59,193 nucleotides of DNA from Clostridiales bacterium (GTDB lineage Bacteria > Bacillota > Clostridia > Ch29): NCBI GenBank assembly GCA_012523075.1, contig JAAYJF010000061.1, forward strand, positions 1-59,193, written 5' to 3'. The translations under genes were made by a program, and so were the position numbers. Each line of letters begins with the position of its first letter. Position 1 is the stretch's first letter. Of this stretch, positions 37,738-48,135 are shown in pieces. The notes under the pieces were generated by a model, which had not been told where the DNA came from, made no database searches, and was given only the letters and a program-made list of their open reading frames with translations.

Positions 37738-39101
37738 CAAACAAACCTCCTCAACAAACCCACTGCCTTTTTAAACTCGTCTCCCCGCTCTTCGAAATTT
37801 TTATACATATCCCAACTTGCGCAGGCCGGGGATAGTAGAACCGTGTCCCCTTCCTCCGCCATAAGTGCCGCCTTTTCTACCGCCTCCTGCATATTTTCCG
37901 CTTTATATATATTATTCAGGTTTATCCTCTGGCATGAGCATTTGAGCTTCTCGGCCGTTGCCCCCAAAAGTACCACGCCCTTCACCTTGCCCTCAAAGCC
38001 CTTAACAAACCCGTCCAAATCACCGCCCTTGTCATATCCGCCCGCTATTAGCACCACTGGCCTATCCACCGCCTTTAATGCCTTGGAGGACGCATCGGGG
38101 TTTGTGCCCTTCGAATCGTTAATAAATTTTACCCCTTTTACAGTGTCCACGTATTCCAAGCGGTGCTCCACGCCCTGGAAGCTTTTAAGGGCTTTCCCTA
38201 TTATATGTATCGGCACATCCATACACCACGCCAAAGCTGCGGCAGCAAGGGCGTTCTCTAGGTTATGGTCCCCCGGTATCCTCAATTCCTCTGCACGGCA
38301 TACCCGCTCAAGGGTCTTGCCTTTCTTAAGCGCCAGGTACCCGTCCTCCACAAAGGCTCCTTCATCCATTATTCTATGCCGACTGAAGTATAAAACCTTT
38401 GCCCTACACTTTTTTGCTAGGGAAGCGGTGACCTGCTCATCGGCGTTTAACACCGCAAAGTCCTCCGGTCCCTGATTCTTAAGTATTCTCGCCTTTATAT
38501 CCGAATAGTTGTCAAAGGTTCCGTGCCTGTCAAGGTGGTCTGGAGTAATGTTTAGTACCGCAGCTGCCGCAGGCCTGAAGTCCCTTGTACCCTCCAGCTG
38601 GAAACTGCTTATTTCCGCCACCAACACATCCCCGGGATGTGAATTAACCGCCGCAGGTATTACAGGCGTACCTATATTGCCCACCACAAAGGCGTCTCTG
38701 CCGGATAGGTGAAATATCGCCCCCGCCAGGGCGGTGGTGGTAGTCTTACCGTTGGTGCCGGTTATCGCCACAATGGGTGTGCTTGTAAGCCGGTAGGCCA
38801 GCTCCACTTCGCTTATTACCTCCCTGCCGCTTTCTAGTATCCTTTGCACCATTGGTATATCCATTGGAATGCCGGGGCTTATTACCGCAAGGTCGGGCCA
38901 GCAAGCAAGCTCCACCGGATGGCCGCCTAGTATGTACTTAATATTCATACCCTCAAGTACTGCAATGGCCTCCTTGAGGTCCTTTACGCCTTTCCGGTCG
39001 TTTGCAATTATCTGCGCTCCAAGGCCGTGCAGCGTCTTTGCCGTTTCCAGGCCGCTTACCGCCAGCCCGATGACCAAAACCTTCTTACCCCTTACTTCCA
39101 C
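37737..39101 (-). CDS. murD: UDP-MurNAc-L-Ala--D-Glu ligase
   Basis: SPGIP, ITGTNGKTTTT, EISSFQL, NDSKGTN, LSPACASWDMY. Confidence 0.97.
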   Translation of the reverse strand: MEVRGKKVLVIGLAVSGLETAKTLHGLGAQIIANDRKGVKDLKEAIAVLEGMNIKYILGGHPVELACWPDLAVISPGIPMDIPMVQRILESGREVISEVELAYRLTSTPIVAITGTNGKTTTTALAGAIFHLSGRDAFVVGNIGTPVIPAAVNSHPGDVLVAEISSFQLEGTRDFRPAAAAVLNITPDHLDRHGTFDNYSDIKARILKNQGPEDFAVLNADEQVTASLAKKCRAKVLYFSRHRIMDEGAFVEDGYLALKKGKTLERVCRAEELRIPGDHNLENALAAAALAWCMDVPIHIIGKALKSFQGVEHRLEYVDTVKGVKFINDSKGTNPDASSKALKAVDRPVVLIAGGYDKGGDLDGFVKGFEGKVKGVVLLGATAEKLKCSCQRINLNNIYKAENMQEAVEKAALMAEEGDTVLLSPACASWDMYKNFEERGDEFKKAVGLLRRFV

Positions 39102-39116
39102 AGCACCATCCCTCTC

Positions 39117-40082
39117 CTATCTGATAGCCAGTGCACCCACCAATACAAGGACTATGGTGATTATCCAGAACACCACAACAACCTTGGTCTCCTCCCAGCC
39201 CTTAACCTCGTAATGGTGATGCAACGGGGCCATTAAAAAAACCCTTCTCCCGGTAAGCCTGTAGCTTACAACCTGTATTATTATTGAAAGGGTCTCCAGA
39301 ACGTATATGCCGCCTATAATAGGAAGAATCAACGGCAGTTTTAGAAGCACAACAACCGCGGCAACCGCCCCGCCCAGGGCCATGGACCCGGTATCACCCA
39401 TAAAAATCTGGGCCGGGTGCGAGTTGTACCTTAAAAAACCCAGCGTGGAACCGGTAACGGCGGCGGATATTATCGCGATTTCCTTCTGCCCCGCCGTCAT
39501 GGCCACAAGGCTTAGGAAAGCCATCACAATCATTGTGACACCGGCGGCCAGGCCGTCCAAACCGTCGGTAAAATTTACACTGTTTACCGTGCCCACAAAT
39601 ATAATTATTGCAGTAAAGGGTATATACCATATACCCATATCCCAAAACTTTGAGGTAAAGGGTACCAAAACGGCGGACCCTACATTGGGTGACCTGTATG
39701 CGTAAAAAGCAAGAATAACTCCCAAAAGTATCTGGGCAATAATCTTATGGGTTGCCCTAAGGCCGAGGGAGCGCCTCATTACCACCTTAATAAAGTCGTC
39801 AACAAGGCCAACAAACCCAAAGCCCAGGATACTTGCCAGTATAAAAAGCATTTCCTTTTCCCACTGTGCGGTTATAAGTACTGAGAAAAAAACAGCTATA
39901 ACTATAATAATACCACCCATGGTTGGAGTGCCGGATTTCTTGAAATGGGTTTTGGGACCGTCGCCCCGTATGCTCTGGCCCATTTTAAGTTTTTCCAGGA
40001 TGGGGATTACTATAGGCCCTATAATTATTACTATCAGAAATGCTATTATTATCGGGAAAATTATCTGCTGATGCTCCTGCAT
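39117..40082 (-). CDS. mraY: Phospho-MurNAc-pentapeptide transferase
   Basis: KSGTPTMGG, NFTDGLDGL, FMGDTGS, MAPLHHH. Start ATG 40082. Confidence 0.97.
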   Translation of the reverse strand: MQEHQQIIFPIIIAFLIVIIIGPIVIPILEKLKMGQSIRGDGPKTHFKKSGTPTMGGIIIVIAVFFSVLITAQWEKEMLFILASILGFGFVGLVDDFIKVVMRRSLGLRATHKIIAQILLGVILAFYAYRSPNVGSAVLVPFTSKFWDMGIWYIPFTAIIIFVGTVNSVNFTDGLDGLAAGVTMIVMAFLSLVAMTAGQKEIAIISAAVTGSTLGFLRYNSHPAQIFMGDTGSMALGGAVAAVVVLLKLPLILPIIGGIYVLETLSIIIQVVSYRLTGRRVFLMAPLHHHYEVKGWEETKVVVVFWIITIVLVLVGALAIR

Positions 40083-40086
40083 CCGT

Positions 40087-41466
40087 TTAGCTCCTCTCAA
40101 GTATTCTGTCGGCCAACTCCTCCATCCGCATTCCCCGCGAACCCTTGACCAGTATCACGTCACCTTTTTGTATCAAACCATCCAGCAATTTTGCCGCCTG
40201 CCCTTTGTCATCAAAATAATAAACCGACCGGGGGTCCATTCCCCTTTCTTTTGCTTCCATTGCAATAAAGCGGCTTTCATTTCCCACCGCTACCAATATA
40301 TCCAGCCCGGTGCCGGCGGCAAGCTCCCCCACCATACGGTGACCTTCTTCAGAAAAGGCCCCCATCTCTAGCATATCCGACAGCACGGCTATCTTTCTTT
40401 TCCCCGGCATATCGCTTAATACCTCCAGCGCGGATTTCATAGAATCGGGGCTGGCATTATAGGCATCATTTACTACGCTGACACCTCCGGTGGTACTGTG
40501 TATTGTAAGGCGCATCTTTTCCCCTTCAAGGTTCCCCAGCGCCCCTATTATTTCCTCAAACCCCATGCCCAAAAGCCTTGCCACGGCGACAGCAGCCAGG
40601 GAATTATACACGTTGTGCCTTCCCGGCAGCGGCAGTTTTACGTCAAAGCGGCCTCCCTCCGCCACCAGCGTATAGGTCATTCCCTCTTCGCCCTTTGACA
40701 GCACGTTTTCTGCCTTATAATCCCCTTCCTTAATACCAAAGCACACCACCGGCATATCCAGACCCCTGACCTCCGACCTAAGAAACAGTGCGTCGGCGTT
40801 TATTACTGCCGCAGGGTCCCTGTCCATTTCCTGGAATACCTCCATCTTTGCCTTAAGGATCCCCTCTTGGCTGCCCAACCTTTCTATGTGAGACATTCCG
40901 ATGTTGGTTATCACGGATACCTTGGGTCTTACTATCCTCACCAGGTTTTCAATCTCGCCGTATCCGCTCATTCCCATTTCGATAACACCAAACCGGTGGC
41001 TGTCGTTAAGTTCCATTATGGTGGCGGGAAGACCAATCTGATTGTTGTAGTTTCCGGGGGTCTTCAGTACATTGTATTTAGTTTCAAGAATAGTGGCTAT
41101 CATGTTTTTTGTGGTGGTTTTACCGGTGCTACCTGTAACCGCCACAAAAACCGCTTCAAACCTGCCCCTGTACCATCGGGCAAGAGAATGAAGGGCCTCC
41201 AGCGTATCCCTAACCCTAATAACCGAAACGTCACTGTAGTCGTAGTACTCTTCATTGTCAACCAGCATTACCCTTGCGCCCTTCTCCGCCGCCTGCTCCA
41301 AAAAGTCATGCCCGTCAAACCGTTCCCCCCTAAGGGGTATAAAAAGGCTCCCCTTCTCCAGGGTTCTGGTATCCAGGGATATTTTACAGACCTCGCCATC
41401 TTCCGGTCCGCATACTATTCTACCCTTCACTGCTGCGGTAATATCCGAAATCTTTAGCTTAATCAT
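40087..41466 (-). CDS. murF: UDP-MurNAc-tripeptide--D-Ala-D-Ala ligase
   Basis: TGSTGKTTTK, NNQIGLP, NDAYNASPDSM, VKGSRG. Confidence 0.97.
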   Translation of the reverse strand: MIKLKISDITAAVKGRIVCGPEDGEVCKISLDTRTLEKGSLFIPLRGERFDGHDFLEQAAEKGARVMLVDNEEYYDYSDVSVIRVRDTLEALHSLARWYRGRFEAVFVAVTGSTGKTTTKNMIATILETKYNVLKTPGNYNNQIGLPATIMELNDSHRFGVIEMGMSGYGEIENLVRIVRPKVSVITNIGMSHIERLGSQEGILKAKMEVFQEMDRDPAAVINADALFLRSEVRGLDMPVVCFGIKEGDYKAENVLSKGEEGMTYTLVAEGGRFDVKLPLPGRHNVYNSLAAVAVARLLGMGFEEIIGALGNLEGEKMRLTIHSTTGGVSVVNDAYNASPDSMKSALEVLSDMPGKRKIAVLSDMLEMGAFSEEGHRMVGELAAGTGLDILVAVGNESRFIAMEAKERGMDPRSVYYFDDKGQAAKLLDGLIQKGDVILVKGSRGMRMEELADRILERS

Positions 41467-42934
41467 TATCCATCCTCTCCAGAATACCGGCTACTATTTT
41501 CCTTTCGTCAAATTCTATCCTATGGTCCGCGAACTCTTGGTATATCTCATGTCCCTTGCCGGCCAGAACCACAATATCGTCCTCTTCTGCCATCCTTAAG
41601 GCGTATTCGATGGCATCCCGCCTGTCTACAATGCATATGTAGCTGCACCCTGTCTTCTCCACCCCGGGCAGTATCTCGTCTATTATCTGGTGGGGTTCTT
41701 CCTTTCTGGGATTATCCGACGTGACTATTACAAAATCGGATAACCTTCCCGCTATTTCGCCCATCATAGGCCGTTTTTCCCTGTCCCGGTTCCCGCCGCA
41801 CCCGAATGTTGTTATCACCCGGCCCCTGGCGTAGCCCCTTATTGTAGAAAGTATGTTCTCCAGGCCGTCGGGGGTGTGCGCATAATCAATTATTACGCTA
41901 AAACCCCTGCCTGTGTCTATGGCCTCCGACCTGCCCGGTACGCCCTCCACTTTTTTCAACCCTTCTTGTACATGCTTTGGGTCTATGCCATCGGAGAGCA
42001 GCGTGGCGGCAGCAGCAAGGCTGTTGTATACACTTATCATTCCAGGTATCCTGACCTCAATGGGTATACTGTTTTCCTTCCACACCAGATTGTACCTCAC
42101 TCCTGCAGAATCTACATGTATATCGCGGGCACAAAAATCTGCGCTATTTTTCACGCCATAGGTGAGGGTCCCGGTGGGAAGGTTCTTAACCCTTTCCACT
42201 ATTATACCCCCTGAAGGGTCGTCGGCGTTTATTATATTAAACCGGTCGGTGGATTTGAAAAGCTTTAACTTGGCCTCCAGGTAGTTTTTCATATTACCGT
42301 GGAAGTCCAGATGGTCCCTGGTCAGGTTTGTAAATATCCCATAATCAAAGTCCACGTAACCCACCCTGTCCAAATCCAAGGAATGGGATGATACCTCCAT
42401 CACCGCGTACTGGGTCCCGCCCTCCACCATCTCGGCGAATAGCCGGTGAAGGTCCAGGGATTCCGGTGTGGTCCTTAGAGCGGGAATTTCCCTGTCCCCA
42501 ATCCTTATGGCGATGGTGCCCATAAGCCCCACGCTGTGACCTGCGTTTTCCAGTATGGATTTGATCAGATAGGTGGTGGTGGTTTTGCCGTTGGTTCCGG
42601 TTACACCAATAATCCTGAGCTTCTCAGAAGGAAAACCGTAAAATACATGTCCCACCGCAGCCATTGCTTTGCGGGAATCCTTTACCCTAATCACCGTAAC
42701 CTTTTTGCTGTCAACCGGGACCTCTCTCTGAACGATAAGCACCCTGGCTCCGTTTTCCACCGCCTGCTTAGCAAAGTCGTGCCCATCCCAGTTAAAACCT
42801 TCAACACAGACAAACAGATGGCCCGGCTCCACTTTCCGGGAATCGTAGCTCACTCCGGTAACCGTTACCTCCGGGTCCCCCTCTATATCAAGTATTTCAA
42901 TGAAATTCCATAAATCCGAGATATGCATAGCCAT
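41459..42934 (-). CDS. murE: UDP-MurNAc-dipeptide--meso-diaminopimelate ligase
   Basis: GTNGKTTT, MEVSSH, DYAHTPD and the DAP-specificity motif DNPR. Confidence 0.97.
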   Translation of the reverse strand: MAMHISDLWNFIEILDIEGDPEVTVTGVSYDSRKVEPGHLFVCVEGFNWDGHDFAKQAVENGARVLIVQREVPVDSKKVTVIRVKDSRKAMAAVGHVFYGFPSEKLRIIGVTGTNGKTTTTYLIKSILENAGHSVGLMGTIAIRIGDREIPALRTTPESLDLHRLFAEMVEGGTQYAVMEVSSHSLDLDRVGYVDFDYGIFTNLTRDHLDFHGNMKNYLEAKLKLFKSTDRFNIINADDPSGGIIVERVKNLPTGTLTYGVKNSADFCARDIHVDSAGVRYNLVWKENSIPIEVRIPGMISVYNSLAAAATLLSDGIDPKHVQEGLKKVEGVPGRSEAIDTGRGFSVIIDYAHTPDGLENILSTIRGYARGRVITTFGCGGNRDREKRPMMGEIAGRLSDFVIVTSDNPRKEEPHQIIDEILPGVEKTGCSYICIVDRRDAIEYALRMAEEDDIVVLAGKGHEIYQEFADHRIEFDERKIVAGILERMDND

Positions 42935-42975
42935 TACCTCTATTCTTCTGTTTAATTATAACCCGGTAAAGGGAT

Positions 42976-45150
42976 TTACTGCGAACCTTCCGGTTCCTCG
43001 AAAACTACCCTGACTACCGTATCAAAGTCCACCACTTCCCCGGGAAGGGGGTCCTGACTCACAGCTATCCCGGTACCGGTTATCTGCACCTTAAGGCCTT
43101 CAGCCCTTAGCAGGCCGGTGGCACCGTTAACCGTTTTGCCTATTACGTTGGGCACTATGGCCTCCCGGTGCTGACGGCTGTAGGACTCAAGATACAGCAG
43201 TACTATGGATTTCTCCGTCACCATTATATCAGGTTTGGGAGTCTGGTCAACTATACGGTTGGCATCCCCCTCTATCACGCTACCCACCACCTGATACTGG
43301 AGATTGCTGCTGCTAAGAGCCTTTATTGCCTCCTGTAGCGGTATGCCTTCAACGTCCGGCACCGTCACCTTTTCCTGTATCAGCCTTTCCGCTTCCTCCT
43401 CGGTGTATCTTGGCTGTACCTTCAAGTATCTTAACGTGTCGCTTAGGATATTACCCACTACCGGTGCTGCTATCTGGCCTCCGTAGTAATTTGCCGGGTC
43501 CGGCTCGTCTATGACCACCAACACCACCACCCTTGGGTCGTCAGCGGGGGCAATCCCCAAAAAAGATGCAACGTACTTGCCCTGGACGTACCTGCCGTCA
43601 ACCACCTTCTGGGCGGTTCCGGTTTTGCCCGCCACCCTGAAACCGGGGATGTAGGCATTGGAGCCGGTACCCTCCGATACCACCGTCTCCAGTATCTGCA
43701 TGGTGGTCCTTGCGGTCTGGGGTGAAATAACCTGTCTCCTCAGCTTGGACCCAAATTCATGTATCGTATTGCCCTCCTGGTCCTTAAGGGCAAGGGCGAT
43801 TCTGGGTTCCATAAGCATTCCCTCGTTAGCTATTGCCGAGGCTGCGGTTATAAGCTGGATTGGGGTAACAGCCACCCCCTGCCCGAAGCCCATATTAGCC
43901 AGCTCCACCGGCCCCGCTATAGAAGGATTCATTACAAGGCCGTAGGCCTCTCCGGGAAGGTCCACACCGGTAGGCTCCCCAAAACCGAAGGCCTCAATAT
44001 ATTCTAGGAATTTCTCTTTACCCAGCCGCCCAGCAATCTCAATGAAAACCGGGTTACAGGAATTCTGGACGGCTTCCACGAAGGTCTGATGCCCGTGGGG
44101 GTTATAGCTCCTCCAGCATTTTAAGGTTCTTCCTCCCACCGCAATGGAGCCCTTGCAATAAAAAGTGCTGTCCGGCCTGACCACCCCTTCCTCCAGCCCT
44201 GCGGCGGTAGTGATTACCTTGAAGGTGGACCCGGGCTCGTATATATCCGATACAGCATAATTCCTCCACATTTTGAGCCTTTCGTCCCTCAGTTCTTCCG
44301 CCGAAAGGCCCTCCCATAGTTCCCGCTCCTGCTCATTTACGGGATCAAAGGGCGTATTGGGATCGTAATCTGGTTTTACCGCTAGAGCAAGTATGTCCCC
44401 GGTCTTTGGATCCATCACAATGGCGGTACCCTTTTTGGCTTTGTTGTTTATAACAGCCTCCTCGATGGCCTTCTCCGCAAAGTGCTGAACAACCTCGTCT
44501 ATTGTCAGCACAAGGTGATACCCGTCCTGCGGCGAATACTGCGTACCGAAGCCGAAGGGTATACGGCGGCCTGCGGCATCTGTTTCAGCTATGTTCCTGC
44601 CGGGCAGACCATAAAGGTACCTGTCGAAAAGCGCTTCCACGCCGTCCAGGCCCTGGTTGTCGGTACCGGTAAAACCGAGGATATGGGAGGCAAAATTCCT
44701 GTTGGGATAATACCTTTTGCTGTCATCTACCGAATAAATGCCCTCAATATCCCTTATCCTGTCCACGTCCTCCTTTTCAACCTTCTTTTTTAGAAGTACC
44801 GTATCAACATTCCTTGTAAGTCTGTCCAGAACGTCCTCCCTGTCCATATCCAGAGCCTCGGCAATCCTGTAGGATACCTCTTTGGCATCCTTTATCTCAA
44901 TGGGCCTTGCGTACAACGTTTCTATGCTGGCGCTTATAGCTAGTTTTTTTCCATTTCTGTCGTATATTATACCCCTTTTGGAAGGAATAGGGATATCCCT
45001 CGTCCACTGGTCCACAGCCATATCCCTGTACACATCACCGCGTATTATCTGTATCCATACCAGCCTCAGTATTAACGCAAAAAACAGAAAAAAAACCGCA
45101 AAGAGGCAGAATATCAACCTTTTCTTTAGCCTTATACCCGGTGCCGTCAA
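42976..45150 (-). CDS. spoVD: Class B penicillin-binding protein SpoVD/FtsI with two PASTA domains
   Basis: STFK (SxxK), SCN (SxN), KTG motifs and two C-terminal PASTA repeats. Confidence 0.92.
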   Translation of the reverse strand: MTAPGIRLKKRLIFCLFAVFFLFFALILRLVWIQIIRGDVYRDMAVDQWTRDIPIPSKRGIIYDRNGKKLAISASIETLYARPIEIKDAKEVSYRIAEALDMDREDVLDRLTRNVDTVLLKKKVEKEDVDRIRDIEGIYSVDDSKRYYPNRNFASHILGFTGTDNQGLDGVEALFDRYLYGLPGRNIAETDAAGRRIPFGFGTQYSPQDGYHLVLTIDEVVQHFAEKAIEEAVINNKAKKGTAIVMDPKTGDILALAVKPDYDPNTPFDPVNEQERELWEGLSAEELRDERLKMWRNYAVSDIYEPGSTFKVITTAAGLEEGVVRPDSTFYCKGSIAVGGRTLKCWRSYNPHGHQTFVEAVQNSCNPVFIEIAGRLGKEKFLEYIEAFGFGEPTGVDLPGEAYGLVMNPSIAGPVELANMGFGQGVAVTPIQLITAASAIANEGMLMEPRIALALKDQEGNTIHEFGSKLRRQVISPQTARTTMQILETVVSEGTGSNAYIPGFRVAGKTGTAQKVVDGRYVQGKYVASFLGIAPADDPRVVVLVVIDEPDPANYYGGQIAAPVVGNILSDTLRYLKVQPRYTEEEAERLIQEKVTVPDVEGIPLQEAIKALSSSNLQYQVVGSVIEGDANRIVDQTPKPDIMVTEKSIVLLYLESYSRQHREAIVPNVIGKTVNGATGLLRAEGLKVQITGTGIAVSQDPLPGEVVDFDTVVRVVFEEPEGSQ

Positions 45151-45174
45151 TCTCCTTCCCCCTTAACACTCCAT

Positions 45175-45663
45175 TTATTTCATATCAAAAACCCTGCCCA
45201 CCATACCTGCAAGTAGCGCAAACCAACCATCCCCCGAAAGGCCGGACTTAATTTTAGTATCCTCCGTCTCTGCAAGCAAAGGGCCTTCACCGGTGCTCTC
45301 TACGGCAACGTATACAATATCCCTGCTCTCAGGATAAATCATCCCCAGTTGATGAAGGGCATGGTCCTCCAGCCAGTTTATATCCATCACCTCGGCATGC
45401 TGCAGCTGAAGCCTCTCGTTTACCTTGCGCAGTTCTCCCAGTTCCTTTTCCAGCATTCTAATGCTGTAGTTATACTCGGATATGACAACAAAACGTGAAA
45501 TGACAAGAATTCCAACGGCTAAAGCAACGCAAACCCTTGTCAGCGCTTTTCTTTTTATTACTTTAACATTTTTCCTTCGTATGGGCTTTTTAGGCCCGGT
45601 ATTCGGTTTTTGCTGTATTTCGGGTATCGTTTGGTAGTACTGCTGCTGCCTGGCTACTATCAT
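45175..45663 (-). CDS. ftsL: Cell division protein FtsL-like
   Basis: Basic N-terminus, one TM, coiled coil, LGM motif; lies between rsmH and the PBP gene. Confidence 0.8.
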   Translation of the reverse strand: MIVARQQQYYQTIPEIQQKPNTGPKKPIRRKNVKVIKRKALTRVCVALAVGILVISRFVVISEYNYSIRMLEKELGELRKVNERLQLQHAEVMDINWLEDHALHQLGMIYPESRDIVYVAVESTGEGPLLAETEDTKIKSGLSGDGWFALLAGMVGRVFDMK

Positions 45664-45694
45664 TTTTATTCACCCCTTGCTGCAATTAGAACTT

Positions 45695-46630
45695 TCACAG
45701 TTTCTCTGCAACCCTAAGCCCTGCACTCCGGGACCTCGGGTTTTGCACTATCTCCTTTTCTGTCGGAACAATAGGTTTACGGGTAATGGTCCTCACCATC
45801 GGCTCTTTACCACAGACACATACCGGTGCTCTCGGGGGGCATGTACACGGGTTCTCCAGCTGCCTGAATGTTTGCTTTACCTTTCTGTCCTCAAGGGAGT
45901 GGAAGGTTATAACGCAAATCCTTCCTCCCTCTTTAAGCAGCCCTATTCCGTCCCTTATCGCTCTTTCCAGGATGCCCAGCTCGTCGTTAACTTCTATTCT
46001 CAGCGCCTGGAAGGTCCTCTTTGCCGGGTGCGGCCCTTTTCTTCTTGCGCCGGCAGGTATGGCAGCCTTTATTACCTCCACCAGCTTACCGGTGGTTTCT
46101 ATAGGTGCTCTTTTTCTCTCCTGCACAATAAAAGTGGCTATCCTCTTTGCCCAGCGTTCTTCTCCGTAACCGGCGATTATCGAAGCCAGTCTTTCCTCAT
46201 CGTACCCATTCACCACTTCCAGGGCGTTTAATTCCTGTCCCCTATCCATCCTCATATCAAGGGGGGCGTCCTGCATATAGCTAAACCCCCTCTCCCCCTC
46301 ATCCAACTGATGGGAGGAAACCCCCAAATCCATAACTATCCCGTCCACCGCTTTTTCACCGCAGCTCCTTACCAGGGCGGCAATGTCCCTGAAGTTTCCA
46401 TGCATCAGAGCCGTCCTGTCCAAATAGGCCTCCAGCCTTTTCCCAGCCGCCCTAACGGCGTTTTGGTCCCTGTCAATCCCAATAAGTCTGCCTCCACTGC
46501 CCAGCCTCTTTACAATCTCCAGTGAATGCCCACCCCCTCCAAGGGTGGCGTCCACATAGATGCCATTAGGTCTTACCCTTAGGTATTCAACGGTCTCGTC
46601 CAGCAGTACCGTCCTATGTTCAAACCCCAT
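45695..46630 (-). CDS. rsmH: 16S rRNA m4C1402 methyltransferase
   Basis: [43 protein letters not shown]. Confidence 0.98.
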   Translation of the reverse strand: MGFEHRTVLLDETVEYLRVRPNGIYVDATLGGGGHSLEIVKRLGSGGRLIGIDRDQNAVRAAGKRLEAYLDRTALMHGNFRDIAALVRSCGEKAVDGIVMDLGVSSHQLDEGERGFSYMQDAPLDMRMDRGQELNALEVVNGYDEERLASIIAGYGEERWAKRIATFIVQERKRAPIETTGKLVEVIKAAIPAGARRKGPHPAKRTFQALRIEVNDELGILERAIRDGIGLLKEGGRICVITFHSLEDRKVKQTFRQLENPCTCPPRAPVCVCGKEPMVRTITRKPIVPTEKEIVQNPRSRSAGLRVAEKL

Positions 46631-46672
46631 CCTACTTCATCTCCGGTCTGACTTGATTTTGCGGCTATATTA

Positions 46673-47104
46673 TCATATTCCAAGCTGTTCCATTCTTTCC
46701 GCAATCTTGTCGTGCTCCATTATTGTATCGCCATTGTATCTGTTCCATTCCTCCACGCTCCATATTTCAACCCTGGTGGACACACCGATAACAACCGCAT
46801 CCTTATCTATACCCGAATACTCCCTTAAGTTTACCGGAAGAAGTATTCGCCCCTGCTTGTCCAGTTCACATTCGGTGGCCCCGGAAAAGAAAAATCTTAC
46901 AAAGGCCCTAGCGTCCCGGGATGTGAGCGGTAGGGTTTTAAGCTTATCCTCAAAGTTGTGCCACTCCGAAAGGGGGTAAACAAAAAGACAGTTATCAAGG
47001 CCCTTGGTCAGTACAAACTTTTCACCAAGTCCCTCCCTGAATTTTGATGGTATTATAAGCCTGCCTTTGTTATCCAGCGAGTGTTGAAATTCGCCTATAA
47101 ACAC
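46673..47104 (-). CDS. mraZ: Transcriptional regulator MraZ
   Basis: [18 protein letters not shown]...LDKQGRI; GTG 47104 gives 143 aa. Confidence 0.97.
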   Translation of the reverse strand: MFIGEFQHSLDNKGRLIIPSKFREGLGEKFVLTKGLDNCLFVYPLSEWHNFEDKLKTLPLTSRDARAFVRFFFSGATECELDKQGRILLPVNLREYSGIDKDAVVIGVSTRVEIWSVEEWNRYNGDTIMEHDKIAERMEQLGI

Positions 47105-47130
47105 AGCGCCACCCCATTTAGGGACCGTCT

Positions 47131-47155
47131 CCCACTTAGTCCCACATTTAACCAC
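47131..47155 (-). promoter_or_regulatory. MraZ operator: three GTGG(G/T) repeats at 10-bp period
   Basis: Minus strand GTGGTtaaat GTGGGactaa GTGGG just upstream of mraZ; a sigmaH-like GCAGGAATT...GAAG lies further upstream. Confidence 0.85.
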
Positions 47156-47280
47156 TTTTACACTACTTCTACTTATATTTTAAAATTCCTGCCTCTTCCA
47201 AAAATTTTTTCAAAAAATAAAAAAATGCCGGCCATTATACCGGTGCCAGACCGGAGATAAATCCGACAACTTGTAACATA

Positions 47281-47340
47281 AGGCTTCATGAAACGCTAGC
47301 GTATGCAGCATTTTCGCATAAGCGGGAATTCATGAAGCCT
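47281..47340. mobile_element. 60-bp hairpin element with 12-bp terminal inverted repeats (MITE-like)
   Basis: AGGCTTCATGAA...TTCATGAAGCCT with internal CGCT/AGCG and TATGC/GCATA pairing; one end recurs at 23795. Confidence 0.5.
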
Positions 47341-47372
47341 ATGAACATTTACCAACTATCAACAGGTCCTAA

Positions 47373-48119
47373 TTATTCCGAAGTAGTATTAATATCTTTC
47401 TTTTTGCTCCTAAAATACATGTAAGCCGTCCCAACCACCACCGCTGCTGCGCTCACAAGTTGGGCAGCCCTTATACTCCCCAGCATAAGGCTGTCGGTCC
47501 TTAGGCCCTCCACGAAAAACCTTCCAACCGAATAAAGTATTAAATAAAGTAGAAATACGTTGCCCTCGGTTTTCTTCCTCTTGCGGTACCACAAAAGCAC
47601 AGCAAACACCGAAAAATTCCAAAGGGACTCGTACAAAAAGGTTGGATGTACCTTGACGCCGTCCACCAGTATACCCCAGGGCAGGTCTGTGGGCGTACCG
47701 TGGGCCTCCTGATTAACGAAATTACCCCACCGGCCGATTGCCTGTCCCAGAATAAGCCCCGGCGAAGCAATATCCGCCAGCGACCAGAAGCTTATCTTTT
47801 TGACCCTTGTATATATAACACCCGTGATGACCGCGGCTATAAGGGTTCCGTGTATTGCCAGGCCCCCTCCCCTTATATTGAGTATCTGCAACGGGTCCTT
47901 CGAATAATAGTCCCAGTTGAAAATCACGTAATAGAGCCTTGCCCCGATAACCCCAGCGGGTATGGCGAATATCACCAAATCAAGTATTATGTTCTCGTCC
48001 ATCCCAACCCTTTTGGATTCCCTAAGGGCATATAGAAGGCCGCACATAATACCGGCGGCCAATATTATCCCATACCACCTCACAGAAATTCCAAAGACCT
48101 CAAAGGCTACAGGATTCAT
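47373..48119 (-). CDS. lgt: Prolipoprotein diacylglyceryl transferase
   Basis: VRWYG, GARLYYV, GGLAIHG, GRWGNFVNQEAHG, HPTFLYES. Confidence 0.97.
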   Translation of the reverse strand: MNPVAFEVFGISVRWYGIILAAGIMCGLLYALRESKRVGMDENIILDLVIFAIPAGVIGARLYYVIFNWDYYSKDPLQILNIRGGGLAIHGTLIAAVITGVIYTRVKKISFWSLADIASPGLILGQAIGRWGNFVNQEAHGTPTDLPWGILVDGVKVHPTFLYESLWNFSVFAVLLWYRKRKKTEGNVFLLYLILYSVGRFFVEGLRTDSLMLGSIRAAQLVSAAAVVVGTAYMYFRSKKKDINTTSE

Positions 48120-48135
48120 GCTACCCCTCTTTTCT

